The translations under genes and the position numbers were made by a program. The notes below the pieces were generated by a model. The model had not been told where the DNA came from. It worked only from the letters and a program-made list of their open reading frames with translations, and did not search any database. This document shows, piece after piece, positions 50,130 through 60,499 of a stretch of DNA of 64,000 nucleotides (position 1 is the stretch's first letter; every line of letters begins with the position of its first letter). The stretch spans positions 78,314-142,313 of the forward strand of contig CAZXUO010000001.1 of assembly GCA_964643955.1 (NCBI GenBank), read 5' to 3'. Origin of the DNA: an uncultured Candidatus Saccharibacteria bacterium (GTDB lineage Bacteria; Patescibacteriota; Minisyncoccia; Phycocordibacterales; UBA918).

Positions 50130-50810
50130 CTAATCCTTCTTTGCAAACCAACCGCTTATCATAAACGACTGAAAGAAGTGCACCGGCAATTTGAAGCCGC
50201 CATCGCGGATGATGTCCTCGACTTCAGATGAGGGAAGCACAGTAAGTACTTCCTTAAATGCCCTCGGGAGCGACGCGATAGATTCGGGAGTTGCACCCAT
50301 GAGCGTTTGCACCTTCTCCCACTCTTTCATCATCAAAGGAAACTCGGGCGATTCCAAATCAAAACTGATTTCTGTATTGATGAAATATCCTCCTGTCTTA
50401 AGACGCTGATGAACATTTTGATAGAAAGACAATCGTTCCTCTTTCTTTATAAAATGTCCTACGAGAATACTGAGTACTGCATCAAAGGACGCCTCTGCCG
50501 GCACATCGTGTATGTACCCATGAATAAACTCGCATCTATCCGCGATCCCCGCCTCCGCCACGCGCGCCCGACACACTTCAAGCATCGCTTCAGATGGATC
50601 AACACCTACAAACGTATATTCTGGATATTCCTTTGCGAGCGAAAATATTTCAGCTCCTGTCCCCACACCTACGCAGAGAATACGGGAATTCTCCGGCACG
50701 TCTTTCAAAATAAGTCGAATGAGAAAATGCATGTTGTCAGCAATCGGTGCTAACGCGCGATTTTTCTCGTCGTATGATTTCGATGCGTTTGTATTGAAAA
50801 AGTCTGCCAT
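50130..50810 (-). CDS. Class I SAM-dependent methyltransferase
   Basis: LCVGVGTGAE, GVDPSEAML, LKTGG. Confidence 0.9.
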   Translation of the reverse strand: MADFFNTNASKSYDEKNRALAPIADNMHFLIRLILKDVPENSRILCVGVGTGAEIFSLAKEYPEYTFVGVDPSEAMLEVCRARVAEAGIADRCEFIHGYIHDVPAEASFDAVLSILVGHFIKKEERLSFYQNVHQRLKTGGYFINTEISFDLESPEFPLMMKEWEKVQTLMGATPESIASLPRAFKEVLTVLPSSEVEDIIRDGGFKLPVHFFQSFMISGWFAKKD

Positions 50811-50912
50811 GCACGCAGTATACCTCAACTAATACAGCGGCAGAATCAATCACACAAAAACATAAAACCGTCCCGGAGGGCGATTTTATGCCTCCATGAC
50901 GGTTGGTTGAAC

Positions 50913-51305
50913 TCAGAGCACGCGCATCTTCGCTTCCTCCACGAGTGCAGCATAGAAAGTGGGCCGTGCGCTCAGGTCACTATCGGTTGCCTCCCGAAGG
51001 AGCCTGAACAAAAGCTCATCCTCGTATCCCTGCACGAGTGCGCGATACTGCGAGATTTTTCGCGGGTTCTGTGGACTGGACAGCCCCGCAAGGCGAGATT
51101 CCACCGAAAGACAGGCACCCATACGTGTGAAGTGATTGTCCTTGCAGTGACTCTCCACCTTTTCTACGATCCCCATGATCATATCACCCACCGAAGACAA
51201 TCCGATTCTGAGAGTCGGACCCTTCGGCTGAGGCGTTGAGGCTGGTACAGTGGGAGCATTGCGCTCTTTTTTCCAAGCGGAAATGCTCACAACTTTCTTA
51301 TCCAT
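50913..51305 (-). CDS. Hypothetical protein
   Basis: GGAGG upstream; hairpin at ~50860-50890 downstream. Confidence 0.6.
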   Translation of the reverse strand: MDKKVVSISAWKKERNAPTVPASTPQPKGPTLRIGLSSVGDMIMGIVEKVESHCKDNHFTRMGACLSVESRLAGLSSPQNPRKISQYRALVQGYEDELLFRLLREATDSDLSARPTFYAALVEEAKMRVL

Positions 51306-51382
51306 CAGCGATTCCTCCCCTCTATATCTGGCCGTAATATATACACTACAATGCCCTCTCCCGCCAGTACAGACTATTCGAA

Positions 51383-51898
51383 CTATTTTGACTTCAAGTA
51401 TTCTTCAAGAAAAGTAGTTTCTCTTTTTAAGATGAAATGACCTTTAGATTTTTTGGGCACATCACGCCTCATATTTTTCAGTACCTCCTCAGCTGGTAAC
51501 CAAAGTGTTGTATGACCTTCCTCGATTTCCTTCTCTTCCAAACGAGTCTCGCCGATTTCTCCAATCACTTTTGCAACAAAACAAAAAGATAGGTGGATCA
51601 TATTGTGTTCATTACGATACTCGATAACCATTCCCAATGCTTTCATAATCTCACAATCGCACCCAACCTCCTCTAAAACCTCTCTTTTCAAAGCTTCCTC
51701 TACAGATTCTCCCTGATTTACTCCACCGCCAGGTAATTTGTGATATGTATAAGTTTGCAAATATTGTGTTGCAATATTACCTTGCTCGTCCAACAAAATT
51801 GCTCGCGCACTTTTCCTTAATCGATATGGATGATCTATTCTTTCAAATTGATCACTCAGCCCTAAACTACCCTCGCTTATTTCTGCCAGAAGTTTCAT
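51383..51898 (-). CDS. NUDIX hydrolase
   Basis: Nudix box GGGVNQGESVEEALKREVLEEVG. Confidence 0.93.
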   Translation of the reverse strand: MKLLAEISEGSLGLSDQFERIDHPYRLRKSARAILLDEQGNIATQYLQTYTYHKLPGGGVNQGESVEEALKREVLEEVGCDCEIMKALGMVIEYRNEHNMIHLSFCFVAKVIGEIGETRLEEKEIEEGHTTLWLPAEEVLKNMRRDVPKKSKGHFILKRETTFLEEYLKSK

Positions 51899-51950
51899 CA
51901 CCTGAGTATACCAAACCAACATTTAAACCAATTCCGTGTTGAAAATGTAC

Positions 51951-52445
51951 TCAAAAGGCTGTCGCTCGTTGTCTGGAACGACCTTCGAACTTTTTTGAAC
52001 GCTCCCACTCGTGAATAACCACCAGGGCTTCTTCCTCTAATTCTATTTCATGTATAAGTTCAATGCTGCGACGCGATTTCTCATTCAGAATAAAGATATT
52101 ATGGTCTCCTTCATAATATTCACTAGCCACTTTGTCTCGTCCACACGCAAACACCACCCGTGGAATATGAGCCCAGAAAGACGATGTGTAACACATAAGA
52201 CAAGGTTCGAGTGAAGAGTAGAGCACTACATTCACCAAATCCCGCTCACCTAACTTTCGTGCCGCTTCTCGAATCGCGGCTGTTTCTGCATGACTGGTTG
52301 GATCATGTAATTGTTTTCCGTTACTGAGCCCGGTCGCGAGAATTTCACCATTACTGACAATAACTGCACCGACAGGATACCCTCCGACATCGACAGATTC
52401 TTGCGATAGTTCAATAGCCCTCTTTAGAAAGTCATGATCATCCAT
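51951..52445 (-). CDS. Zinc-dependent nucleoside deaminase (TadA/guanine deaminase-like)
   Basis: HAE...EPCLMC. Confidence 0.9.
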   Translation of the reverse strand: MDDHDFLKRAIELSQESVDVGGYPVGAVIVSNGEILATGLSNGKQLHDPTSHAETAAIREAARKLGERDLVNVVLYSSLEPCLMCYTSSFWAHIPRVVFACGRDKVASEYYEGDHNIFILNEKSRRSIELIHEIELEEEALVVIHEWERSKKFEGRSRQRATAF

Positions 52446-52511
52446 TCTCAATAGTGTAGCAAGTTTGGGATTCGAATCGAATCTACATTAAGAAACAAAG
52501 CTGAAATGCTG

Positions 52512-52582
52512 CTGCCGGACTTGGATTCGAACCAAGATGACGACTTTCAGAGAGTCGCATCCTACCATTAGATGATCCGGCA
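52512..52582 (-). tRNA. tRNA-Gln(CTG), CCA not encoded
   Basis: Reverse complement TGCCGGATCATCTAATGGTAGGATGCGACTCTCTGAAAGTCG...GGTTCGAATCCAAGTCCGGCAG. Confidence 0.93.
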
Positions 52583-52678
52583 AAGAGAGGCGCGCGGAGC
52601 GCGCCTCAATCGCTCTATAGTGCCTAATTTCAGGCGCAAATTCAAGCAGGTCGCTCTGGCCACTTTTGCGGGTGGACG

Positions 52679-53317
52679 CTAGCAAAGATGCGCGCGGTTG
52701 TCTGCTTCGATTATTTTCCAGCTACAGGTCTCGCCAGCACACTCATATGAAAGGTGTGTGATGCTCCCATTCCCCACCTGAAACAGTTTGAGAATACCGA
52801 GTGCGTATGCAAAGACTGAAATCTTGCCGCGACGTAAGCGTGTGAGCATGAGGGTTATGAATACCGCATGAGAAACGACGACGACATGCTCGTGCGTTTT
52901 TGAAAGTGATTGGAGGTGTGCGAGCGCGCGCTCGATACGCATGGTGACATTATAAAGATTTTCTTCATCGCTGTGATGCCACGAATTGAAAAACGATCCG
53001 AGAAAAAGTTTGAAACCGACCCATAGTGAGTAGGGACCAAAATATGGTTTGCCAAAAAGTGAAGACGGGCGGCGCATCTCACGAAAAAGTGAATCCACAA
53101 GTACTTCTCTCTGAAGTGTTTTTCCGATGATGTCGGCGGTTTCGCGCGCTCGCGCAAGATCGCTCGAGACCAGATGCGGCTCCGCGAGATGCGCGAGCGC
53201 GTTTCCTGCACACTCCGCCTGTCTTCTCCCCTTCTCCGCAAGCGGCACACCCTCGTGCTGATGAATATGATTAGTATTGCAAAACGTCTCTCCGTGCCGT
53301 ACGAGGTACACCTGCAT
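52679..53317 (-). CDS. Histidine phosphatase family protein
   Basis: LVRHGET, SSDLARARETA, VVSH. Confidence 0.9.
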   Translation of the reverse strand: MQVYLVRHGETFCNTNHIHQHEGVPLAEKGRRQAECAGNALAHLAEPHLVSSDLARARETADIIGKTLQREVLVDSLFREMRRPSSLFGKPYFGPYSLWVGFKLFLGSFFNSWHHSDEENLYNVTMRIERALAHLQSLSKTHEHVVVVSHAVFITLMLTRLRRGKISVFAYALGILKLFQVGNGSITHLSYECAGETCSWKIIEADNRAHLC

Positions 53318-53318
53318 G

Positions 53319-54356
53319 CTATTTTTTCTCAGAAAGATCGATGATCGCGAGCTCAAGTGGGAGTTGCGCGAGATAGGTGCGGCCGATTTGTTCTGCAGCA
53401 AGAAGAAGTCGTGAAAGGAGTGCAGAATTGATCGGCGAAGCTGCATCCTTTGCAAGCGCCGAAAGTACCGCGCGATCTTCTTCACGCACATGCGCAAACG
53501 CGTGATCGTCATTCCCTCCATGCCGCGCAAGCATTACGGCGCGCACACGCTCAAGGATGAGTCGCATAAAAAGCTTCATGTCGATGTTTTCAGACACGGC
53601 CGACTGTACTGCCGCAAGTCCGCGTGCAGCATCACGAGCATGGAGCGCATCGATAATCCCCATCACGAGCGCTCCCTTTGGAGCTCCGATGATCGCTGCG
53701 GCCTCATCTGCATCAGCTTTGCCATCTTCGCTCGCCATGATGACTTTCTGAGTGATGCCGAGCGCATCACGAAATGACCCGTCTGCCGCGAGCGCAATGA
53801 GGTCAGCGGCATCCGGCGAGAGCTTGAATTTCTCCTTCTTCGCAACATCAAGCACCGTCTCACGCAAGAGATCGCGCGACGGCGCACGAAACTGGAAGAC
53901 CTGACAGCGCGAGGTGATCGTCTCAAGTAATTTTTCTGGTTCGGTCGTCGCGAGGATAAAGACCACGTGCGACGGCGGCTCCTCAAGCGTTTTCAGAAGT
54001 GCATTGAATGCCTCTTTGGTGAGCATGTGCACCTCGTCGATGATGTACACCTTTCGTTCTGATTCATACGGCAGCGTGTGCACCGCTTCGCGTAATTCAC
54101 GGATGTCATCAATACCGCGGTTTGACGCCGCGTCGATCTCGTAGGTATCAATCGCACTTGCACCTATCGCGCGTGCAAAGATGCGCGCAATACTCGTCTT
54201 ACCCGTACCGCGCGAACCAGTAAAAAGAAGTGCGTGTGGAATCTGCCCTGAACGTACCGCGCCTTCAAGCGTCTTCACGATAGCCTCCTGTCCGCGAACA
54301 TCAGTAAATGTGAGGGGGCGATACTTTCGGTAGAGCGCCGTATGCGTAGTTTCCAT
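53319..54356 (-). CDS. dnaX: DNA polymerase III gamma/tau subunit (short form)
   Basis: [42 protein letters not shown]. Confidence 0.95.
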   Translation of the reverse strand: METTHTALYRKYRPLTFTDVRGQEAIVKTLEGAVRSGQIPHALLFTGSRGTGKTSIARIFARAIGASAIDTYEIDAASNRGIDDIRELREAVHTLPYESERKVYIIDEVHMLTKEAFNALLKTLEEPPSHVVFILATTEPEKLLETITSRCQVFQFRAPSRDLLRETVLDVAKKEKFKLSPDAADLIALAADGSFRDALGITQKVIMASEDGKADADEAAAIIGAPKGALVMGIIDALHARDAARGLAAVQSAVSENIDMKLFMRLILERVRAVMLARHGGNDDHAFAHVREEDRAVLSALAKDAASPINSALLSRLLLAAEQIGRTYLAQLPLELAIIDLSEKK

Positions 54357-54385
54357 AATGACCTATTGTACCAGACTGAAAAATA

Positions 54386-55228
54386 CTACCGATAATCGAC
54401 ATGGTCTCGCATAAATGAGCGGATCGCTTCAATGTCTTTTGGCAGATTGTCGCTTCCGAGCACGATAATACTGATTTCCGCTGATGTCCCCGATGGAAAG
54501 GTTTCAACAAAAATCCCTGCGAACGTACGGCTCGCCTCATCAGTATAGCCATGCTTGCCTCCTCGAAATGCCTCAGCATTTACAAGCGGATTTACATTCC
54601 ACCATGCATGCGCGGCACCGATGTAGGTCGGTAGGCTCGTGATGTCGAGAATGTATGGTTGGTAGTTTGCAAGATGTGCAATAAAAATTGCGAGGTCGTG
54701 CACGGTCGAGACGTTGTCAGGTGAGAGTCCGCTCGGATCAGCAAAATGCGTATCCTCCATCTTGAGCACATCAGCCTGCGCATTCATGTCCTCAATAAAC
54801 GTTGTGCGTCCACTGTATTCGGCAAGCGCTTCAGCCGCATCATTTGATGATTCGATAAGAAGTGGAAAAAGGAGCTCGCGCACATTCATGTGCTCGCCTG
54901 CGCGCAGACTTCCTGCACGCCCCTCGGTCGACACTGCGCGCCACGAGAGCGTCGTCGATGCCTCAAGCGCGAGGGTATCAAGCGCGATATCTGCAGTAAC
55001 GAGCTTCGTGAGCGATGCGATTGGAAGTACACTCTTCTCATCTTCTGCGATGAGCATCTCCCCTGTCCGCGCATCAAAGACTCCCCACGCACGCGCGCTC
55101 ACGTCAGGCAGAACACCGACATCGATCGTATACACACGTTCGTTTGAAATCGCGTCGTGCACGGAGTCTGACGATACGAGAAAAAATCCAATGCCAAGCA
55201 GCAAGGCCGTGATGAGGAGGACACGCAT
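54386..55228 (-). CDS. D-Ala-D-Ala carboxypeptidase (peptidase S11)
   Basis: SxxK (ASLTK), SxN (SSN), KHG in place of KTG. Confidence 0.88.
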   Translation of the reverse strand: MRVLLITALLLGIGFFLVSSDSVHDAISNERVYTIDVGVLPDVSARAWGVFDARTGEMLIAEDEKSVLPIASLTKLVTADIALDTLALEASTTLSWRAVSTEGRAGSLRAGEHMNVRELLFPLLIESSNDAAEALAEYSGRTTFIEDMNAQADVLKMEDTHFADPSGLSPDNVSTVHDLAIFIAHLANYQPYILDITSLPTYIGAAHAWWNVNPLVNAEAFRGGKHGYTDEASRTFAGIFVETFPSGTSAEISIIVLGSDNLPKDIEAIRSFMRDHVDYR

Positions 55229-55247
55229 ATCGTACATAGTATGACAC

Positions 55248-55286
55248 GAAAAAGGCGCGGCTCCCAAAGGGAGCCGCGCCTTTTTC
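55248..55286 (-). terminator. Intrinsic terminator (bidirectional-type)
   Basis: gaaaaaggcgcggctccc-aaa-gggagccgcgcctttttc. Confidence 0.8.
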
Positions 55287-55296
55287 TCACCGAGAA

Positions 55297-55710
55297 TTAA
55301 CCCGCGACCTTCTTCGCTACCTTCACAACTTTCTTTGCAACCTTCTTCGTGCGCTTCTTTGCAGAACGCTCAATATCCTTCCAGCGTTCATGCATTTCTT
55401 TTCCAAATTCAACCAATTCCTTTGCACTCGCGCCTTTTGCAGTCTTGTATCCCTTCATAACCTGATCGACGAGATCCTCGTACTCTTCTTTCGTCATGTG
55501 CTTTGCAGTCTCGATACCTTCGAGGACCTCAGCTTTTGCCTTGAGCGACCAGCTCTTTACCTGCTTGCGATTCTTCGCTGCGTTCTTACTCCCGTACAAG
55601 AAGTATCCGCCCGCTGCAGCAAGCGCAGTTGCGGTGAGCCCTACACCAATGCCGACTTTCTGTGTTTGCGAGAGCGACTTGCTGCTCTTCGCTGCTTTCT
55701 TTGTTGCCAT
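55297..55710 (-). CDS. Basic single-TM hypothetical protein
   Basis: AAAGGYFLYGSK; Lys-rich. Confidence 0.75.
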   Translation of the reverse strand: MATKKAAKSSKSLSQTQKVGIGVGLTATALAAAGGYFLYGSKNAAKNRKQVKSWSLKAKAEVLEGIETAKHMTKEEYEDLVDQVMKGYKTAKGASAKELVEFGKEMHERWKDIERSAKKRTKKVAKKVVKVAKKVAG

Positions 55711-55720
55711 GAATGTGTAC

Positions 55721-56026
55721 TTATTCTTCGCTCGTAATATCCTTCTTTTTACGTGACGCTGCGCGGCGTGATTTCCCCGAGCCCATCGCAAGCATAAATG
55801 CACCGACGACACGACCCATAAAGCTTCCGCTCATGAGCTGCTCGCGCAATGCATGGATATCCTCGACAATAAGCTCAGTGCTCGACTGCACGCGCTCGAG
55901 TATTGTATGTGCAAGCTTGACCACGCGAATAACGTGATAGACCGCAACACACAAGAACGCCCCGACGACGAGAATAGCTGAACCAGTAATAATGAAAAAT
56001 ATATTGGCCAACAATGTCTCGCTCAT
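55721..56026 (-). CDS. Small TM plus coiled-coil protein
   Basis: NIFFIITG TM followed by an amphipathic helix. Confidence 0.7.
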   Translation of the reverse strand: MSETLLANIFFIITGSAILVVGAFLCVAVYHVIRVVKLAHTILERVQSSTELIVEDIHALREQLMSGSFMGRVVGAFMLAMGSGKSRRAASRKKKDITSEE

Positions 56027-56082
56027 ACACATAGTGTACAACGAGCGTGATGAAATACGTGTGGAGAGATGTGAAAATCGAC

Positions 56083-57174
56083 TTAGGCAAGTCCAAACCG
56101 GTCTTTGAGTGCAAGGTAATTTTGGGTGACTTCTTCGTCCTCAAGGATCCGATCGTAAAAACGCACCACCGCGATATTGCCCTGAAAATACCCATACGTC
56201 AGCTCTGAACCGATACTGTTTGAACTTAAGTTCACCGTCTTCGTACTCGTGAGTCCTGTCCTCACGAGTGTGCCGTTGAGGTAGAGACGCGGTTGGTTTG
56301 CTTCATAAATGACCAGCACGTGTGAAAAATCTGATGCCGATATAGATGCTGTATATACAAGGAGCGCCGGAATGTATCCATTACTATGCTCATATACATT
56401 GATACTGTTGGTGCCTACCGAAATACCCGATCCCGCATTAGGATCTGCAACAAAGTTTGGTCCGATTACATACCGTTGTCCTGAAATACCACCGAAACCA
56501 GTCGTCGCTTCCGAATCAGAATCCTGAGTCGCTGTTGGCTTGCACCAAGCCTCCATCGTAAAGTTACTCGTCACACTCGTGCTTGTTGCCGCACATGTTG
56601 CATAGTCATTCGTGCCATCAAATACGATACTCCCGCGATTGCCACTATCAAATGTAGGCCCGTCGGTAAGGGTACTGTCGGCATAGGTACCCGTGAGATC
56701 GCTCCACGCAGTGCCCGTCCCCGGATAACTCGCTGTATTACCTGCATCAAGATTGAAAATCAAACCACTTGTAACGATTGGTGGTGGTATATTGCCCGCA
56801 GAAAAACCATACCAGTCGCTCCCTCCATTTGTCGTGATGAAATTGAGAATATCAGTTCCCGCTACCGTAAGTGTAGGCGCGGTGCCATCGGCCCAATTGA
56901 CTGCCGCAGGCCAGTTGACCGTCTGCGAGCCGCCGTTTGTCAGAAAGAGGGTAAAGCTGCACGCCGTGCCGCTTGCCGAGGGATTTGAAAAGGTAAAGGT
57001 ATTGGTCGAAGTCGACACCGTCGCAGTAACGACGTTCCCGAGACGAATGTCGATATCGCGCGTACCACCGCCCGCTCCGAGCGCGTTGACCGCTTCGCCA
57101 TAATCTTTGAGCATGGCCTTAACGACATTCTTGTCGTCCATGTCCATGCGGTTTGCCGACATTCGGATCGTCAT
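56083..57174 (-). CDS. Phage-virion-like protein with LamG/ConA domain
   Basis: TVNWPAAVNWADGTAPTLT...DILNF module; IVTSGLIFNLDAGN.ASYPGTG...FDGTNDY...VRFYDRIL. Confidence 0.8.
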   Translation of the reverse strand: MTIRMSANRMDMDDKNVVKAMLKDYGEAVNALGAGGGTRDIDIRLGNVVTATVSTSTNTFTFSNPSASGTACSFTLFLTNGGSQTVNWPAAVNWADGTAPTLTVAGTDILNFITTNGGSDWYGFSAGNIPPPIVTSGLIFNLDAGNTASYPGTGTAWSDLTGTYADSTLTDGPTFDSGNRGSIVFDGTNDYATCAATSTSVTSNFTMEAWCKPTATQDSDSEATTGFGGISGQRYVIGPNFVADPNAGSGISVGTNSINVYEHSNGYIPALLVYTASISASDFSHVLVIYEANQPRLYLNGTLVRTGLTSTKTVNLSSNSIGSELTYGYFQGNIAVVRFYDRILEDEEVTQNYLALKDRFGLA

Positions 57175-58202
57175 GCAATCAGTGTAGCAGAGCTTGAAAG
57201 AAGCTCAGGCGATGCTTCGTGCATAAATTTTTCCGTAATACGCGCCACGTTGTCTGCCGTCGCAGCTTCCATGAGCTCAGCTCTAAGCTCACGCGCACCA
57301 TCAAAGCCGTGTACGTACGCTTTGTAGTGCTTTTTCATAATTGCAAAACTCTTGTGCGGCAACAGTTCTTCAAAAAGATGAGTATGCTCTACCATCACAC
57401 GAAGCTTCTCGCCAATAGCGACCGTGGTCGCGTCACGCTCTGGGTGAAAGAGCCACGGATTCCCAAAAATTGCACGCCCGAGCATCACGCCGTCAGCTCC
57501 TGACGCGCGCGCTTTTGCGCGCGCGTCGTCAAGATTCTGAGCATCGCCGTTGCCAAGAATAAGCGCAGATGATCCGAGTTCATTTCTAATCTCCACCGCG
57601 CGCGCGACACGTTCCCACCGAGCAAGCACCTTCGACATCTCCTTACGGGTACGTGCGTGGATCGTGACGGCAACAGGCTCTGCCTTGAGGAGCGCGGGAA
57701 GCCACTCATCGAGCTGATCTTTGTTGTAACCGACGCGCGTCTTCACTGAAACCGGCAACCCTGATCCGCGCTTAGCTGCCTCGATGACTGCCACGGCTTT
57801 CTCTGGATTCTTTATCATCGCGGCGCCACACCCCTGCTTTTCTATCGAGCGATCGGGACATCCCATATTGATGTCGATTCCGTCGAAGCCGAGCTCTTTG
57901 CATAGTCGCGCAGCTTTTTCCATATACTCGGGCGTCGAAGAAAAAAGCTGCGCGACAATCGGCCGCTCCTCCTCGCTATACAGAAGATCCGCCATGAGCT
58001 TGCGCTTCCCTTCCTCGCTTGCGCGCACGAGCCCATCTGCAGACACAAACTCAGTCCACATGACGTCAGCCGCGCCGATGGTGCCATCTCTACGTGTATG
58101 CGCCGAATACTTTGCGATCAGTCTGCGAAAGGCAACATCAGTGACATCCGCCATCGGCGCGAGCACAAAAAACGGTTTCTGAAGATTATCCCAAAACGTC
58201 AT
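57171..58202 (-). CDS. tRNA-dihydrouridine synthase
   Basis: LAPMADVTD, DINMGCP, HAR, GNGD, GRAIFGNPW. Confidence 0.93.
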   Translation of the reverse strand: MTFWDNLQKPFFVLAPMADVTDVAFRRLIAKYSAHTRRDGTIGAADVMWTEFVSADGLVRASEEGKRKLMADLLYSEEERPIVAQLFSSTPEYMEKAARLCKELGFDGIDINMGCPDRSIEKQGCGAAMIKNPEKAVAVIEAAKRGSGLPVSVKTRVGYNKDQLDEWLPALLKAEPVAVTIHARTRKEMSKVLARWERVARAVEIRNELGSSALILGNGDAQNLDDARAKARASGADGVMLGRAIFGNPWLFHPERDATTVAIGEKLRVMVEHTHLFEELLPHKSFAIMKKHYKAYVHGFDGARELRAELMEAATADNVARITEKFMHEASPELLSSSATLIA

Positions 58203-58239
58203 ATATCGAGAAGATACCTGTACCGAGCGCCGAGCGCAA

Positions 58240-59130
58240 CTACTCTTCAGATTCTTGTATCAAAATCTCACCGCTTCCTTCCGCGTCCTCACCCGCCACC
58301 GGCTGCTTCACAAATATCTTATTCCCGAAACGCAAATCGATGTAGGAGAAATTTCCCGGACGCAAATGTCCAAACTCTTCTGAGGTCAAAATGGAGTTAA
58401 GATTTTCAAATATTTTCTGCATATCGGCGACGCGCGGCACGAGTATTTCTCCGCCACCACGAATCCGATAGTGCACGTCCCCACCTAAAGTCTCATACAC
58501 GGCATAGACGTCCATCCCATACTCGCGCGCCAAGACACGAGAAAATTCTTCCGTCACACGCATATACTCGACCGACACAAAAGGCGCAGCCACTTCGGGC
58601 GTACGACCTTCAGTCACATACCGCAAGAAAGTAGAGCCGAGGAGCGACGGAGCTGGGGCAAAGGCAAGTCCTGTATTTGAAACAAAAAGACAGCCGGCAT
58701 TCATCTCCTCAGTACTCTCTGCACACCACAGAGCGTGTGGCGTATATTCATCAATTGAAATGTAGAGCTCCTTGTTTGAAGAAAGCGACACACTCGCGCG
58801 CGACACGCGCGGAATATCTTTTACCATCTGCTCTATCTCTTCGTGCGGATACAGGTATGCAAAACGACGAGGAATAAAAAAACCGTAGGTACCATCGAGC
58901 AGCACTTGCGTGCGGGTTTTGATATCTTCTTGATTGATCGTGTCGCCACCTTCGACGGTGACCGCACGGATCGTAAATGCATCGAGCCGCACGAGGTACC
59001 ACAATCCAGTGCCAAGTGCGAGCAGAAAAATGAGAGAAAGCACTCTACGCACCATCATCACGCGCCGATAGCGCTCATGCGCATTTTTACTTCGAAAATT
59101 CTTTTTTGCTGGAGTTCCCCATGGAGCCAT
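58240..59130 (-). CDS. FtsQ/DivIB-like cell division protein
   Basis: TM, POTRA-like region, YIDLRFGNKIF. Confidence 0.75.
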   Translation of the reverse strand: MAPWGTPAKKNFRSKNAHERYRRVMMVRRVLSLIFLLALGTGLWYLVRLDAFTIRAVTVEGGDTINQEDIKTRTQVLLDGTYGFFIPRRFAYLYPHEEIEQMVKDIPRVSRASVSLSSNKELYISIDEYTPHALWCAESTEEMNAGCLFVSNTGLAFAPAPSLLGSTFLRYVTEGRTPEVAAPFVSVEYMRVTEEFSRVLAREYGMDVYAVYETLGGDVHYRIRGGGEILVPRVADMQKIFENLNSILTSEEFGHLRPGNFSYIDLRFGNKIFVKQPVAGEDAEGSGEILIQESEE

Positions 59131-59131
59131 A

Positions 59132-60406
59132 CTACGCCTGACCGATCACGGTCGTACCACCCATGTACGGCACGAGCACTTCTGGTACACGAATCGTGCC
59201 ATCTGCTTGCTGATAATTCTCAATAATAGGAATGAGGAGGCGCGGCGTCGCTGCGGCGGTGTTGTTGAGCGAATGCGCGAAACGCATTGTGCCATCTTCG
59301 TCACGATAGCGGATGTTGAGACGCCGCGTCTGAAAATCATGGAAATATGACGATGAGTGTGTCTCGCGATACGTCTTCTCGCTTGGTACCCACGCCTCGA
59401 TGTCGTACTTCTTCACCTGACCAAGACCGAGGTCGCCACCGCAGTTGGTGACCACATGGTACGGAATCTGGAGTGCCTGCATGATTGACTCTGCGTTTTC
59501 CGTCAATGCTTCGTGAAATGCGACCGACTGCTCGTGGCTCGCTTCACAAAGTATCACCTGCTCAAACTTAAAGAATTCATGCACACGCATGAGGCCTTTC
59601 GTGTCTTTTCCATGACTACCCGCTTCGCGACGGAAACATGGTGAGAATCCAAAAAATTTAACCGGCAGCATCCCGCGCTCGAGCACCTCATCCATATAGA
59701 AGCCCATCGCGCCCACTTCCGCAGTACCCGCGAGGTAGTCGCCGTCTTGCGTCTTGTAGAGATCCTCCTCACTCTGCGGAAGATACCCCGTACCAATAAA
59801 TGGTTCGCGTCGAATGAGTGACGGCACGAGCAGCGGCACAAAAGATGGATCGCGCTTCGTAATAAAATCAAAAACAAAATTCCAGACTGCGTAGTTGAGA
59901 CGCACACCCATTCCCTTTAAGAAATATCCGCGGAAGCCAGCGACTTTTGCGCCACGCTCGAAGTCCGCCATGTCATGCATCGCAACAAGTTCAACATGAC
60001 TTTTTGGTTCAAAATCAAAGACTGTCTTCTCTCCCCACACGCGCGTCTCGACGTTGCCGGCGTCATCGTCGCCATCCGGTACTGAAATATCCGGCACGTT
60101 TGGTACTTGGACCATGAGCGCGCGCCAGTCTGTGAGCACGAGCCGGAGCTCCTCCTCAAGCTTTTGAATATCATCCTTGAGGGTACCGACACTCGCGATG
60201 AGCGCCGGACGCGCCGCTTCGTCTGCCGCGCCGACGTCACGTGAGATTTTATTTTGCTCAGCTTTCTTCGCTTCGAGCATCTGCGTCAGTTCACGGCGCT
60301 TTTCGTCGAGGAGCACGAGACCATCGAGATCTACCGTGATGTGCTTTTTGAGCGCCCCTGCCTTTACAATCTCGAGATTTTCTCGAATGAATTTTATGTC
60401 GAGCAT
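59132..60406 (-). CDS. serS: Serine--tRNA ligase
   Basis: MLDIKFIREN, GTAE, CFRREAGS, RVHEF, LNNT. Confidence 0.97.
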   Translation of the reverse strand: MLDIKFIRENLEIVKAGALKKHITVDLDGLVLLDEKRRELTQMLEAKKAEQNKISRDVGAADEAARPALIASVGTLKDDIQKLEEELRLVLTDWRALMVQVPNVPDISVPDGDDDAGNVETRVWGEKTVFDFEPKSHVELVAMHDMADFERGAKVAGFRGYFLKGMGVRLNYAVWNFVFDFITKRDPSFVPLLVPSLIRREPFIGTGYLPQSEEDLYKTQDGDYLAGTAEVGAMGFYMDEVLERGMLPVKFFGFSPCFRREAGSHGKDTKGLMRVHEFFKFEQVILCEASHEQSVAFHEALTENAESIMQALQIPYHVVTNCGGDLGLGQVKKYDIEAWVPSEKTYRETHSSSYFHDFQTRRLNIRYRDEDGTMRFAHSLNNTAAATPRLLIPIIENYQQADGTIRVPEVLVPYMGGTTVIGQA

Positions 60407-60499
60407 ACGTACCGGATACTATACCACAAGCATTTATGAAGCGACCGGTCATGCACAGCATGTGCTCGCCTACTCATTTTTTGGTGAGAATATAGGTCT

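Noticed and set aside
52488-52685. 65-aa ORF
   Set aside because: Overlaps tRNA-Gln
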